The notes: generated from the letters alone by a model not told the origin. A stretch of 55,873 nt of DNA, filler included, from Jimgerdemannia flammicorona (GCA_003990765.1; 3 parts of 3 records of this genome joined end to end with filler, not necessarily neighbours in it), one strand, 5' to 3'. Positions 13,561 through 27,400 are shown, numbered from the whole stretch's first letter. Made by a program: numbers and translations.

Positions 13561-16500
13561 ATAAACCTCCCAGTCAAAAGGTCACAACCATGAAGGAAGA
13601 TGATAAAAACTGGTACAAGAGAATTGTAGATAGTTATGTATCATATGGATGATGCCCTCATTCTATCTGAATATACTGTATGGAACATATTAGTAAATGC
13701 CATGCATGTCTCTTCAAGGTATTCAAAATCAATTCCAAAAGAAACCAAGCCCAACAGACTGAGGAATCCAAACAAGACAACCCTCCTTGTGAAGGATGGG
13801 GAGAAACTGACTTCAAGGAGACTGACAGTAATTGGGACAACAATGAGGATGAAGAGCTCAATACTATCAAGAAGAAGGACAGTTGCATCAAGTTCACAGG
13901 CCAAGTCCACAGACAGAATGTCAATGTCTTGCTTGATAGTGATACTACTAGAAACTACATCAGCACTAAGACTACTAAGAGAATTAGAGCTCAAAGCAGA
14001 CCAGCTACTGAGAAAAGAAGTGTTATCTTTGGTGATGGTAAAACTACACCATTGACCAAGATCTGTGAAGATCTCTTACTCAAGATTGGCAAATATCAAG
14101 AGAAGATAGACTTCAGTATTGTAGACCTTCCAGGACAAGACATTATTCTAGGAAAAGCCTGGTTGACCCAGTACAACCCAGATATCAACTGGAGGACCAA
14201 TGAGGTTAATCTGACCCATAAAGGAAAAAAGATCACCCTGATACCCCAGGAAGGTACCAACCATCAAGGAATTGAAATCATCTCTGCCATCCAAATGAAG
14301 AGACTCTCCTGAAAAAAAGAAAACACCAACTTTATCTGTACATTACAAGAAGTCACTGAAGCAATATTCCAGTATCTGATGAATGATATCTTTGGACCAC
14401 TCCTCAACATCTGTATTCTTGTATATATTGATAATATACTAATCTACAGTGAAATAGGAGAGTTACACTATACTCACCTCAGACAGATACTGAGCAAGTG
14501 CAAGTTCTATCAAGACCAGATTGAGTACCTAGGACATATCATCTCTGCCAAAGATATCAATGTGGATCCCCAAAAGGTATCAGTCCTTAAGGATATTCCC
14601 ATCTCTACTACCCTTAAGCTACTTCAGCACTTTCTGGGTATTGCTGATTACTACTGAAGGTTTATCTAAAAATACTCTGCTATTGCAGCCCCACTGATCA
14701 GTCTGGCTCACAAAGGAGTAAATATCAAGACTGAATGGACTCCTGAATACACCTAGACTATGGACCATCTCAAGAGACTCCTTACTGAGGCCCTAGTGCT
14801 AATTGCACCTGACCCTACCAGGCTATTCACTCTGACCACAGATACCTCTGACATTGCCATTGGGGCAGTGCTCAGCCAAGAAGACTGCCCAGTGGCCTAC
14901 TTTTCCCAAAAGCTCAAGTCAGCTGAGACCCAGTACACTACCCACAAGAAGGAACTCCTGGCCATTGTTACTGCACTTCAAGAATGGTGCCACTTCCTCC
15001 TAGAACAACTATTTGTGGCCTATACTAATCACTATACTCTGTGGTATATTCACACACAGCCCATGCTGACCCACAGACAAGCCTACTAAATAGAAATAAT
15101 TGCTAACTTTGATATAGAAATCAAGTATATCCTAGGCAAAACCAATCATGTGGCTGATGGTTTCTCCAGGTATATAGAAGATGAACTTGTCTTCATGGTC
15201 AAGATAATTGGAGACCTTACCCAAATGATCAAGGATAGCTACTAGCAAGATAGCCCCCTGATGAAATTCCTTCAATTCTGCCAAGAACCAGAGGCTGAGA
15301 TCCCAGAACTCATGAGGCAAATGTCCAAGAGTTCACTTACTGTGATAGACTTATCTATAGGGACTATAACAGAGTGGTTGTGCCTAACAATGATACTCTG
15401 CAACTCAAGATCATACAGGAACTCCATGATACTCCTGCAGTAGGACACTTTGGTTTTAAGAAGACCTACAACCTCCTCTCAAGAGAGTTCTACTGGCCAA
15501 AGATGACCAAGGACATCAAAGACTTTGTGGCCTTATGTGAGATATACCAAAGGTTCAAGAGTAGTAACAAGCTACCAGCAGGACTTCTGCAACCACTACC
15601 AATCCTGAGTCACAACTGGGATTAGATTGCAATGGACTTTATTGTCCAACTCCCCAAGACTAAGGCAGGATGGGATGTCATTGTGGTATTCATGGATCAC
15701 CTAAGCAAACAAGACCATTTTGCATCCACCAAGACTACTGCTACTGCACCAGAGATTGCTGAGATTTTCCTTAACCAAGTATTCAGGCTACATGGTATGC
15801 CTAGCACTATTGTATCTGACCAAGATACCAAGTTTACAAGTAACTTCTGGAAGGCATTCTTCTCACTCCATGAAATCAAGCTGAAGTTCTCTACTGCCTA
15901 CCACCCTCAGACCAATGGTCAACCTGAGCAAACTAATAGAACTCTCAAGCAGATACTTAGCATCTTCTGCTATTACAAGCAGAATGATTGGGACAAGTAT
16001 CTAGCTCAGACTGAGTTTGCCTACAACAACAGCCAGTAAACCTCTACAAAGAAAACTCCATTCTTCCTGAACTACAGTCAATATCCAAGGACCCTGAGTA
16101 CTACTGTGAAATCAGTAGTTCCAGCAGTCTAAGATCTAGCTGAGGCCATTTTGGATCTTACTCAAATGATAAGAGATATGCTCATAGAAGTACAGGACTA
16201 TCAGACCAAGTATGCAAACTTGAAGCAAAGAAAAGTCTCTTATAATATTGGTGACATGGTCATGCTTAGAACAGACCACCTCCACCCAGATATCCTGGTA
16301 TAACAACTAGCCAAGAAACTCTATACTAGAAGAATTGGACCATACAAGATTGTGGAAAAAGTCAGTGAAGTTAACTACAAGTTGCAACTTCCCTACAATA
16401 TCTGAGTATACTCAGTATTCCATATCAGCCAATTGGTGGACTACCATAAGAACCCATTCTCTGAGCATATAGTTTCACTACCACTCCCAATTAGAATCAA

Positions 16501-17274
16501 TGATCATGAGGAATTCGAAATTGAGGAAGTACTTGACCACAAGGTCTACAAATACCCCAAAACAGTCAAACACCTTTTTCTCATCAAGTGGAAGGGTTAC
16601 CCCACCCATGATGCTATCTAGAAAAAGAAAGAAACTCTGAAGAATGCACCCAAAGTCCTTCGGGACTACATGGAAACACTCACTCCCCAGCAAAGAAAGG
16701 AACTACAGCTCTAAAAATTAGAGCACATAGCAAACAGGAGGATACTATATATTCTTATCTGAAATATATAATACTAAACATTGCAGGAAAAGGAACACTA
16801 TAATTAATCAATGAGAAGACACTCAGATAAAGGACAATCTAGCATAGTACAGCAAAATGCATTTGAACAACTCCATTTCATACCATCTATATCATCTCCA
16901 CTGGATGATAATAGATGCTTCATATAGAACTTAGGAAAGCCAACAATGTCAAAACCAATCAAGCCCATCCACATGACAGATATTGTTACTAGAAATTGTC
17001 TCAGATTATAAGAAATTCTATTTCCAAGAGGTTTGAACCCCCAGCCATGATAATGGGAGCCCTTGCCCTAGACAAGGATGGTCAGTCCTCACAAATGTAC
17101 CAACCAGACAAAAAAAAAGAGGACCAAGATCTGTTAACTCTATGTAACCATAACTATAAGTGACAATATCTTTGAAATCAGGATTTTTTCATATAACCAG
17201 CATATGGTCTACTTATAGCAATAGGTCATACATTTTGCTGGAAAGCATGACCAAAAGAAGGTCACACCAGATAG

Positions 17275-18168
17275 GTGAATAAGTATAAATACCCAAGACA
17301 AGAATACCCTACAACTCTTATCTCCCTCTCCTTACAAAGAAAAGACAAGATAAGAATGCCTGCTACCCACTACCAAACTGTCCACAATAGCCAGCCCCTC
17401 CCAAGCCAGGTTGACTGCCTTTTTAGACACATCCAGGCTGCTATCCAAGAAAGAAACTGCTGCTCTGAGGCCCTTAATCTCTCCAGCCTGGACCTAGGAC
17501 AGTATGTTCTTAACTACTATGAACTTATCAAAAGGGCCTACCTTGCCACCAGCCACCTAGAGATCTGGTATAAATACAAAATTGACCACCAGCATCTACA
17601 ACATATAAATAGCCTACCCACTGACCAGGTCTCAGACTGAACCCATCTGGATAGATATGAGCAAAGACTTGCCAAGAAGGTCTATCAAATTATATATCAT
17701 GCACCCTTTGTGATCTCTAATCTCAACTACATATAACTGAAGGATTTCCAGAACCTCTCCTTCTCTGAGATCATAGTAGCCCAGGAAGCCAACTTCTGAA
17801 TTGCTCTCAAGTCTACTGACATTGAGCCCCACTAGAGCCCCCTCCTAAATGACAACACAGACCAATGGCTACAAGGCCTCTCTGACCTCTTTGAAGAACC
17901 ACCTATCTGAATGGATATCCCCAGGCATGAGGACCAAGAACCCTACTTGGATGGTCTCAACTACATCAGATAGAGAACCCCTACCCCAGCACCCATACCA
18001 ATGCAAGAACTATTTGTAGACCTCATTGACTTCTCTATCCTAGACAGTGAGCCATCAGTAACCACCCCCCCTGCCATTGAAGAAGATGGCAACAACACTA
18101 AGGAAGACTCCCCACCTTTCGCTTCCCTGGTTCTCAATTTTCAAATCAATGAGGATATTGATTTCTAA
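17275..18168 (+). pseudogene. Family A accessory ORF (ORF3) between pol and PPT, unknown function
   Basis: One frame runs 17275-18168 without frameshift, interrupted only by transition-type stops. Possible start MPATHYQ at 17356. Acidic/Pro-rich tail ending EDIDF*. Confidence 0.82.
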
Positions 18169-18179
18169 GAAGAGAAGGA

Positions 18180-18560
18180 TATAATAGAATGAGTGAACAG
18201 ATGAGACATGACATGCAATCATATGACCTGACAATGATGTCATCATATGAATGAGCATGATATATGAGATTACAGATAATATGAATGATGCAAACAATGT
18301 GAATAATATGAATAAATGATATCTAGCTTATCTCTAGTAATTGGTACTGCAGCAATCAGTACCACAGAAACTAGTACTATAGCAATACTGATCATTGCCT
18401 AGCAATAGATGTCACAATCACAAACCTCACCATAGTTACCAAATTAGTCACTCATACTTAGTTAGAAATTGCAGACCAACTTGTATAAATACCCCCCAGT
18501 TTTTATCCAAAATAAAGCAGTTTTAGTTCAGTCCTTGATATAAGAATCAAGTCCCCCCCC
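18180..18560 (+). repeat. Family A 3' LTR of A3 (truncated by contig end), preceded by PPT
   Basis: PPT aagaagagaagga then TATAATAGAATGAG, homologous to 9795 onward. Confidence 0.92.
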
Positions 18561-18660
18561 NNNNNNNNNNNNNNNNNNNNNNNNNNNNNNNNNNNNNNNN
18601 NNNNTTAATTAATTAANNNNNNNNNNNNNNNNNNNNNNNNNNNNNNNNNNNNNNNNNNNN
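18561..18660. other. Artificial contig-joining spacer (N-run with TTAATTAATTAA)
   Basis: 100-bp N block with a six-frame stop linker at 18605-18616. Confidence 0.97.
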
Positions 18661-18730
<70 letters not shown>

Positions 18731-18732
<2 letters not shown>

Positions 18733-19644
18733 TATACAGACAGCAAATCTGATGAAAGTGAAGATGATGTACCTCTCCTTCACCCACCAACACCTTATCC
18801 AGCATATGAGACTGATGATACCATCTTGTGGGACAGAGATGAAGTTACAATGTATTATTGCCTCAGCGAACAAGAAGAAGTAATCTGCAAACCACTCTTC
18901 CTAGACAACTACTTCATCAGAGATGATATCATCAATGGTGATATCATCGAAGACTACCCAGACAGTGTCTAAACTATAAATAGCTTAGCAGTCATAGTGT
19001 AGTTAGATTAGTCTTGTACGATGTGATTGTGAACTGACTCAGCAGTCAGACAATCTCTTGACATGTCAGATCACACTTGTACTATGTGACTGCATTCTGA
19101 CTCAGTAAGGTACTTAGTGCTACATCCATATCTAGCATAGTCCAGATAGCCCCTCACTAGTATAAATACCCCCTCCCCCAGACCTCAGAATTTCAGACAA
19201 AAAGACCTGAAAACTCCTGAGCACTTTCCCAATATCTCTTTACATAAACTACTTCTAGTATAGTAATATCATGAATAGCAAATAAACCTATTTGATAACC
19301 CACAAACCACTCTTAAGTAAATTCACTCCCCATTAGGTCCCACTCCTAACCCTATCACGAAATTTCCTAATTGGGTATTGTCTGCAGTGATACGCCAATT
19401 CAACTAAGCTGGTCTTAGTTTCTTGAACTTTCTGAAATACAGAAAATCCTGAACATCCAGAACTAGTCTGAAAAAGGACTTTGGTTGAGATGTTAACCCA
19501 ATCTTGAAATCAATAAGTATAGAGGATATACTCTATATGAAATTGATCTTGACTATAAGAAAACAGTCTTCTAGAATATCCAGAACTTCTAGAAAACTCT
19601 TTTGGAACTATGTAATGGTTACCCTAAAAAGCAACCCTCTTACA
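18731..19644 (+). repeat. 3' part of a family C LTR, including the last ~80 codons of the LTR-encoded ORF
   Basis: Homologous to 54226-55146 and ends CCCTCTTACA. The ORF remnant is open to its stop at 18972 (...DIIEDYPDSV*). Not followed by a PBS, so it is a 3' or solo LTR. Confidence 0.9.
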
Positions 19645-21478
19645 AATACCCTTATATTATTGGAATATACTCTTCTCAAATGATTGATGATTGCTTCTCT
19701 TATATCAATAAACTGGTCCAAAGAAGAACCAATAGAAGGAAAGCTCTTATAACTAAAATTACCACTATCAGATTAGACAAACTACTTATACTACAAGCTT
19801 TTGTCAATAGAGCATCTGTCAAAATCATAATAGATAGTAGTATCTCTAGTAACTTTATCAATAAAGAAATAGTCAACAGACTCAAGATTCTAATCTCTCT
19901 AGTATAATAGATTTAAGCAGTTGCTACAGCTGATGGAATCTCACATATCATTAGTAAGGAAGTCTACAATCTACTCTTCTGAATTGGTAACTATTGAGTA
20001 TATATTATACTCTAGATTATATCACTTCCCAATAATAAAATCATTCTTAGGACCTTATGGTTAAAATAGAAAAACCTGATGATTAATTGGATTAACTATT
20101 CTCTGACTATCAAGAAAGAATACTATAACTTCAAACAGCAAGACAAAAAAGACCCACTTAGTTCTAGTGACTCTGAACCAAAGATTACCTATATTAATAA
20201 GCTATAACTTAAGAAATTAGCCAAGAAATGTCCCCTCTTTGCTATCTCTATTCATCTATCCAAAGAAGAATCCAAAAATCTCAAAGAAGACTTTTTCAAA
20301 GTCAACAACTATGTCAGACCACTACTCTAGAAATTTTGAAACATATTTCCAAAGAAACTTTCAAAAGACTTACTATCTAAATGAGCAGTAGACTATATTA
20401 TCAAGATTATCCCAGATGCCAAGCTCACCTTCAAGTCAATCTACTATATGTCTTTTAGAAAAATTGATATACTCAAGAAAGAGATTGATGAACTTCTAAA
20501 ATAAGGATTCATTAGACCTAGTATATTACCCTATAGTGCACCAGTTCTCTTTATTGTCAAGAGAAGAGAAGACCTATAAATATATATAGATTATTATGAC
20601 CTCAATAAGCAAATTATCAAGAACTATTACCCACTATCCAGAATTAATGAAATATTTAATAGACTTACCAATCTATAATTTATAAGCTCTTTTGATCTAT
20701 AAAATAGCTATTGACAAATTGCCATAAAAGAAGAAGATATCTACAAAACTGCCTTCTGAACTTACTATAGATATTTTGAGTTTCTGGTTATATTCTTTAG
20801 TTTAACTAATACTCCTACAATCTTCCAGATACTGATGAATACTATCCTGCACTTATATCTGGACAAATTTGTTGTTGTCTATATATATTGACAATATCCT
20901 AGTCTTTAGCAAAACCCTGGAGGAACATCTTGAACATCTTGAACTAGTACTATTAAAACTCTGAGAAAACCAACTCTTTGCAAAACTTAGTAAATATGAA
21001 TTCCTTCTGAAGGAAATTCAATTTCTTGGACATATTGTCACACTCAATAGAATCAAAGTAAACCCCAACAAAATCTCTGCAATCAAGAAATAGTCTAGAT
21101 CCAAGAAGCTAAAGAACCTCCAGTCATTCCTAGAACTAACAAACTATTACTGGTAATTTGTTACCAACTTCACTAAGATTGCTACTACCCTTACTCAAAT
21201 GACTAAGTACAGCAAGAAAGAAGAACAGCCCTGGACTACAAAATAAGAAAAAGACTTTAACAATCTTGCAAATTAGAGACCTGAACAAGATACAGCCTTT
21301 CAAGCATTAAAAGATATCTTGATAACCACTCTAGTACTTCAAGTGACAGACCCTGCCCTACTATATAAAGTTATCACTAATACCTCTAACCTTACTCTTA
21401 GAGCAGTGCTCATGTAAGAAGGATACTCTGTGGTCTACCATTCTTGCAAGTTCAATGATGCTGAAATTAACTACGATT
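19645..21478 (+). mobile_element. Degenerate Ty3/Gypsy pol remnant (protease, RT, start of RNase H)
   Basis: VKIIIDSSISSNFI (protease), PYSAPVLFI, KTAF*TYYRYFEFLVI and YIDNILVFSKTLEEHLEHL (RT). Confidence 0.88.
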
Positions 21479-24400
21479 TGTAACATTTTATAAAATCAGT
21501 GCTGGGGGTTTAAACTCAAAAGAGTAATAGCTCTATGTGGGTTACTTTTTTATTTTGTTTTTCAATTTTGTATTCATAATTTTCACATTCATGCTTGGCT
21601 AGCACAAAGTATGCTAGAACCTACTAGAGTTTGTATAGAAAATAATAATTTATTTAGTAACATGCATTATGTTGTTTTCTATTAGATAAGTAAATACACA
21701 CATGTGGTAATATGCTGGAACTCCATGCAGTTCTTATATAAATGTGAGCTTTAGTATGGTCTGGGTTATATTCTGTTTCAAAGACATAGCTCATCCATGT
21801 GCTCTACATACCATTGGTGCTGATGCTATTTTTTGAAGATGTGTAGAGAAATATATACAGGTGGTGGAACCCATCACAAAGATATAGATAACCTTTCACC
21901 AGTACCATTCAGATGACATAAGACTCAGACAATACTTTTCCAATATTTTTGGTAATAGACAACTATCAATATGGATGGCAATGATCGAACTGGTGAGTAT
22001 GCTGACCAGGGGGGCAGTGGAGCCTTTGGCTGGCAACAGGTGGGGAGGAGGGAAGATGGTTTGGGGATGCCAGGGGCCTCAATGGCTGGCCATGGTGCTG
22101 GCGGTAGAGGGAGGGGTGGATTGAAGCAGTATAGAGGGGAGAGGTTGATCTTTACTGATAAGGTCAAGATGGGGAGGATGGCCTCAGGTCTGGATGGTTG
22201 GCTGGGTCTGGGGAAGATGTTGACAGTTGCTGCTAAGGGTCAGAGAGGTGTGCCCAGGGGAGTATCTGGTGGTAGGGGAGGGGGGGAGTAGGGGCTGGTG
22301 ATGTGACTGCTGATGGAGCTGTGACTGGGAATCTGGAGAAAAATCCAGATGTGACAGTAATTGATAGATTAGGACAGAGGGTAGGTATGAGATCCAGGGA
22401 CCTGGTGGATGGGGTGATGAGCATAGTATTGACACCATTACTCAAGAAATCAAGGTCAAAATTTGCCATCATGATGTGCTTCAGGAGCTTGGCAGTGACT
22501 GTGAGGATGATCTTGGGGCTGGTGGTGCAGGAGGTGGAGGGGGCAGTAGTGGTGAAGTTTTTGAAGAGGAAAGAAGGGATTGAGGTGGGGTTTGTGAAAG
22601 AGGAAGTATTGCTGGCTACTATAGAGAAGGAGGTGATAGTAGGTAGAGTTGTGGTCCCTATGGCCAGGTACATGTGCTGGGACCCCCAAGTAGTACAGTT
22701 GACAATATTGGATCTCCCTATGGTATTGAGGGAGAGGGCCAGGGAGTTAGTTGTGGGGGTGGTCAAGGAGTATGGGGAGATTGTGGATGTTGGGTTCAAG
22801 ATCTAAGAAGGAATGGAGCTCAGGACTGGTGATATTGATGTCCAGGTAAGGCTGGCCGGAAAGAAGAATATGGAAAAGATACAGGATTGGCCAGTGACTC
22901 TAAAGTGGGAACTAGTAGAGTACAAGATTGTGTGAGTGAAGAGGACTCTGGAAGAAGAGGAGGATCTGCTTGAGACTCTTGAGGACCTGGAGGGAGCAGT
23001 CAAGAGGAGGAGATTAGTATAGCAGGAGTATGAAGTGAAGATAGTAGTGGAAGTTGTCAAGGGGAAGAGAACTAGGGTGGACAAAGTGACCTAGAAGAAG
23101 ATGCAAGGGAAGAGAATCCAGAAGGAGTTGCTGGCAAAGTTGGGGAATAGTGGGGTAGGCGATAGCACAGGGGATGAGAGGGTAGGGTTGCACATGAGTA
23201 ACTGGGCAGGGGGTGGTGAGATGGTCCAAGGAGGTGCCTAAGATAGACTGAGGGAGGAGGAGCAGAGAGGTGTGGAGGTGGATGCAGAGATGAGTGAAGA
23301 AGTATAATCTCAGTATAGTGTCCTAGGGGGGGCAGAGGGTGAGGAGGAGCTACTGGATATCCCAGATGAGGAGTGGGATGAGTCAGTGAGGAGGAGTGCT
23401 CTGGTGGACCCAGGGGTGGGGGATGGCCAGGTCACCCAAGGTTTGGTGGAAGCAGTTGATGAGGAGAAGTAGCTGTGGAAGACTTTGGAAGGGGTGGCAG
23501 CAGAGGAGCTGAGGGGAGAGAATTTCTGAGTTATGGAGGAAAGGTATTGAGAGGAAATTCTTCATGGGGAGGAGATGCTAAGGAAAGTTAGGAATGAGAT
23601 CCTAGCAGTACTATTAAAATCAGTCAATTATCAGATCAATGACCAGAGAGAGAAGGAACTCCAGGAGATTGTGAATGATAGGGTAGCTTACTTGTAGGGA
23701 TTGAGGAAGAGATTGGAGAAGTGGAGAGTGGTCTGTGTGAACTATCAGGCAGAGATAGAAGTGGTGGATAGGGTAGAATATCAGGAGATCTTGGAGGCAT
23801 TGAATGCTCAGGCCATAGCAGAGGGAGACTTAAATGTAGAGTGGTGACTGGATCTGGCTGGGAATGAGATGAGTATGGAATACTAGGCTGAGTTATTACA
23901 TTTAAATATTATTCAATATGAATAGTATAACTAGAATATTCTCTTTGAATGTGAATGGATTGAGAGGAGTGGCTTGGTGAAGGTTAATATTTGGCTGGCT
24001 CAAGGAACTGGATGTGGATCTTTTCTTACTACAGAATGTATACTATAAGGCAGATGTCGACTTTCAGAATTGGATGAGAGAGTGGGGGAGAGCAGCAGTA
24101 TGGTTCAGGTGAGTAGGTATCCTAGTTTGGTGGGGGATGGGGGACATTGATAATATTGGATATTGGGAGAGTCAGTTGGTGTATAGAGTGTGGAAGAGGC
24201 CGGGTTGGAGCCCTTTGACAGTTGGGTCATGTTATTGCCTGGCAGAGAGGGGGGAGTGGGTGAACTGGATCAGGAATTTGCAAGAGGCTAACATTATGGT
24301 TGAGGTTGCAATTGATTGCCTGGGGGGAGATTTCAACATAGTAAGGGATAATGTGGTAGACTAGACTGACAGTGGGAGGGGGACAAAGGACTGAAGTAAC

Positions 24401-27400
24401 AGGTTGGATGGTTGGATGGAGATAGAGAGATTGAGCTCTCTAGTGGACTCAGAGAGACAGTTCTGAGAGGATTGTCAAATTTATACTCACTGGGCAGCTG
24501 GGCTGGGTTCTAGGATTGACTGGATACTGACAGCAAAATACTAGAGAGTGGGTGTCTGGGCCATACTGAAAGTGGTCTAGTGTCTATGGTCTGATCACTG
24601 GGGTCTGCTTGGGGGGGGAGAGGTTTGGAGGAAGCAGAGATGGGCCTGGACATTGGCAGCTCAATTCCTCTTTGCTAAAAGATGCTGATTTATGAGCTGA
24701 CTGGGAGAAGGAGGTCATTAGAAAAATCAGTCAATAGTGAGAGCAGGGCCTGGCAATAGGAGATCATTGGAGAAGGCTGAAATCATGTGCTCAGAGATAT
24801 TGGAGGGAGGTGGGGAAAGGGAGGAGTATCCAGCAGCAGTAGAGAGTACACTGGGCCTTGCAGAGACTGGCAATGCTCTTGGAGAGATGGGCTGGTAAGC
24901 TAGAAGATGGCAAGATGATAGACTGGCATCTTGCAAGGATTCAAAAGGAAGTCAGAGAACTTAAGGAGGTGCTATGGTTAGAGGAGGAGGCTAAATTGAA
25001 GGAGATGGTAGCAAGATTGTGGTGGCAAGAATTGGAGGAAGGGGAGTGACCCACTCAGTTTTTATCATGTATGCTACAAGCATGGTAAACTAAGTAGTGG
25101 TGGGATGATATATTAGATGAGAAAGGAGAGATGGTGGTGGGGACTTCAGCAATTCTGGAATTGCTAAGGTCCTGCTGGGAGAACCTATGGAGTGAGGAAG
25201 AAGGGAGTAAAGATGCCTTGGACATTGAACAGCAGTTGGAGGGTTGGTACCCAAATCTAGTGATGGGTCTAGGGGCTCTGGGGGGACTGAGTGAGAGGAG
25301 AGGAGGTTAGTGAGGTCCTGGCTTTGACAAGCAAAGAGACAGCACTGGGAGAGAATGGGCTTCCCTGGGATTTCTGAAAGAAGATGACCAAGATAGAGAT
25401 TATGTTGGAGGAGTTGACAGGGATGTGTGATGAGATTCTTCAGTCTAGAACTTAGATTGGGGGCCAGCATCTAGGGCTGGTCTCTTTGCTCTTTAAAGAT
25501 AAGAGGAGAAGAGAAGATTGGAAGAACTGGTATTTGATCATGCTCCTTAATATGGATCACAAGCTAGTTACAAAGGTTTTGGTGGCTAGGCTGTAGAGAA
25601 TCACTCAGCAAGTGCTGAGAGTTGAGCAGAGAGGTTTTCTTGGTGGTCAATTGATCCAAGATAAGACAGCCTGGGTCCATGGAGTAATTGAAGGGGCTCA
25701 GGCTGCTGGGGTTGATAGATAGCTGGTGTTTCTAGATCAGGAGAAGGTATATGATAGAGTGCAGAGAATCTGGCTCGATGGGATATTGAAGTGAGTGGGT
25801 GTTTCACCAGAGTTCAGAAGATCACTAATCAGTCTTTTGGAGGACAGTCAGGCAGCCTTGGTGGTCAATGAACACAGGGGTGTCACTTTCTCTCTGGGTT
25901 ATAGGGTACTGCAGGGGGATCCTTTATCACCCATTTTGTATGCTCTTTCCTTGGAACTCCTATTGGATAGAATCAGGCATTGAATTGGAGGTTTAGACAT
26001 TCTGGGGATTAATTGAAAGGTGGGGGCCTTTGCAGACAATATGGTAGTTGGTTTGGGTTCATTGATGGATATGGAGGAATTACAGCAGACTGTGGAATAG
26101 TATGAGAGGGGCTCTGGTGCTAGGCTCAATTGGCACAAATGTGAGACTATAGTACTAGGTGGCGGAATAGTTAGTGGCAATATGATTGGGACAGTGGTGT
26201 CAGCAGGAGACCCCATTCATTATCTGGGGATCTACTTCTCTATATATGAGTCCCTCCTGCCTCATACATGGTGGGAACAGCAACTCCTAATATAAGGGGA
26301 GGTACTTTTGCGGTGAGGCAGTCAGTATATTTCCTTGGCAGGAAGGGTGATAGTGCTGAATATATATTGGCTGCCAAAGCTATAATATATGGAGTATCAT
26401 TTGGATTTCCCAGTGTGGGTGGTCAGACACCTTTTGAAGATAGCAAGAATATGGATCTGGACTGGATGGCAAAGTCAGATAGGATGGGAGGTATTGACTT
26501 TACCTGTGGATAGTAGCAGACTAGGCTTGGTGGACTTCTCCAAATACCTTCTTTACCTATGAGTATGGTGGCTGAAGAGAGTGAGTGAGTTGAGGGGACA
26601 GGAGTGGGTACCACTCATGTAAAGGGTGTGGGAGGCCCAGTATTCTCTCTATAGTACATCTGGTGATCTGCTTGCAATGATGGCCCTGGATGGGAGTGAG
26701 AGGATATAGTATAAGAGCTTTTGGTGGGGGGTAGTGGATGGTGTCTGGAGAATTGGTCTACAATAACAGGGTGATGAAGGTGAGGGAGATTGGGGACTAC
26801 AGATGTAGAGATAGGACAGGCTTCTATTAGGTAACACTTTGGTGGAGGACTTTTGGCTTGATGATGGTATAGAGTACTTGTGGAGCTTAGGGGGGGACTT
26901 GTGGTCTACTGCATAGTAGAGGGTGGGGATCGGTAAGAGGTGGAACTAGAATGAGCTTTGGACTTGGAACAAGCAGATGATGCAGTAGCTCCCCCCCAAG
27001 TTCTGAGTGGTGTGGTGGCAGTTCCTAAGGCAGAATGTGATGTTGAACTTTTGGTCTGGATACTTGATGGTAAATGACTGGTATGAGTACGAGGAATGTT
27101 TGGATGTTGGACAGAAAGGGGAAGTGGTTCAAATGTCTGAACATTGGCTTGAAGAGTATAATGTTCTGGGGGTTTTTTGGCACTGCATAGCAGACAGGTT
27201 AGGGCTACAAGCCTTGGTGAGAGGAGAAGTGGGGAGATAGAGAGAGCTCCATCACAGGTTAGTAGGGGAGATTGGGAATAAATGGCTGACCCTGGGCTGG
27301 GCTCTGGCAATTTGGGTTGGGCTAGCCAGGTATTAGTTATATATATTCGAGGAGGGTCAGCAGATAGGGATTAGAGATAGGGTGGTATGGTGGAAATGGC

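Larger units (their letters stand above)
9795..18560 (+). mobile_element. Near full-length degenerate Ty3/Gypsy chromovirus family A element (A3): LTR-PBS-gag-dUTPase-PR-RT(deleted)-RH-IN-chromodomain-ORF3-PPT-LTR
   Basis: Zinc knuckle CFICKKTGHISFKC; protease VLLDSDTTRNYI; RT VYIDNILIYS; integrase MDFIVQLP...TAYHPQTNGQPE; chromodomain EFEIEEVLDHK...FLIKWKGY; pol stop at 16714; paired LTRs. Confidence 0.96.

Noticed and set aside
18561..18660. TTAATTAATTAA palindrome within Ns (also 37220-37319), and apparent synteny across it
   Set aside because: Artificial linker. The segments are 18560, 18559 and 18554 bp, consistent with length-sorted contigs, so adjacency across spacers has no biological meaning.
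18605..18873. Poly-Phe and poly-Lys ORFs crossing the gaps; 70-nt poly(A) at 18661-18730
   Set aside because: Products of homopolymer runs at contig ends plus Ns. The poly(A) may be a LINE tail or an artefact and cannot be resolved.
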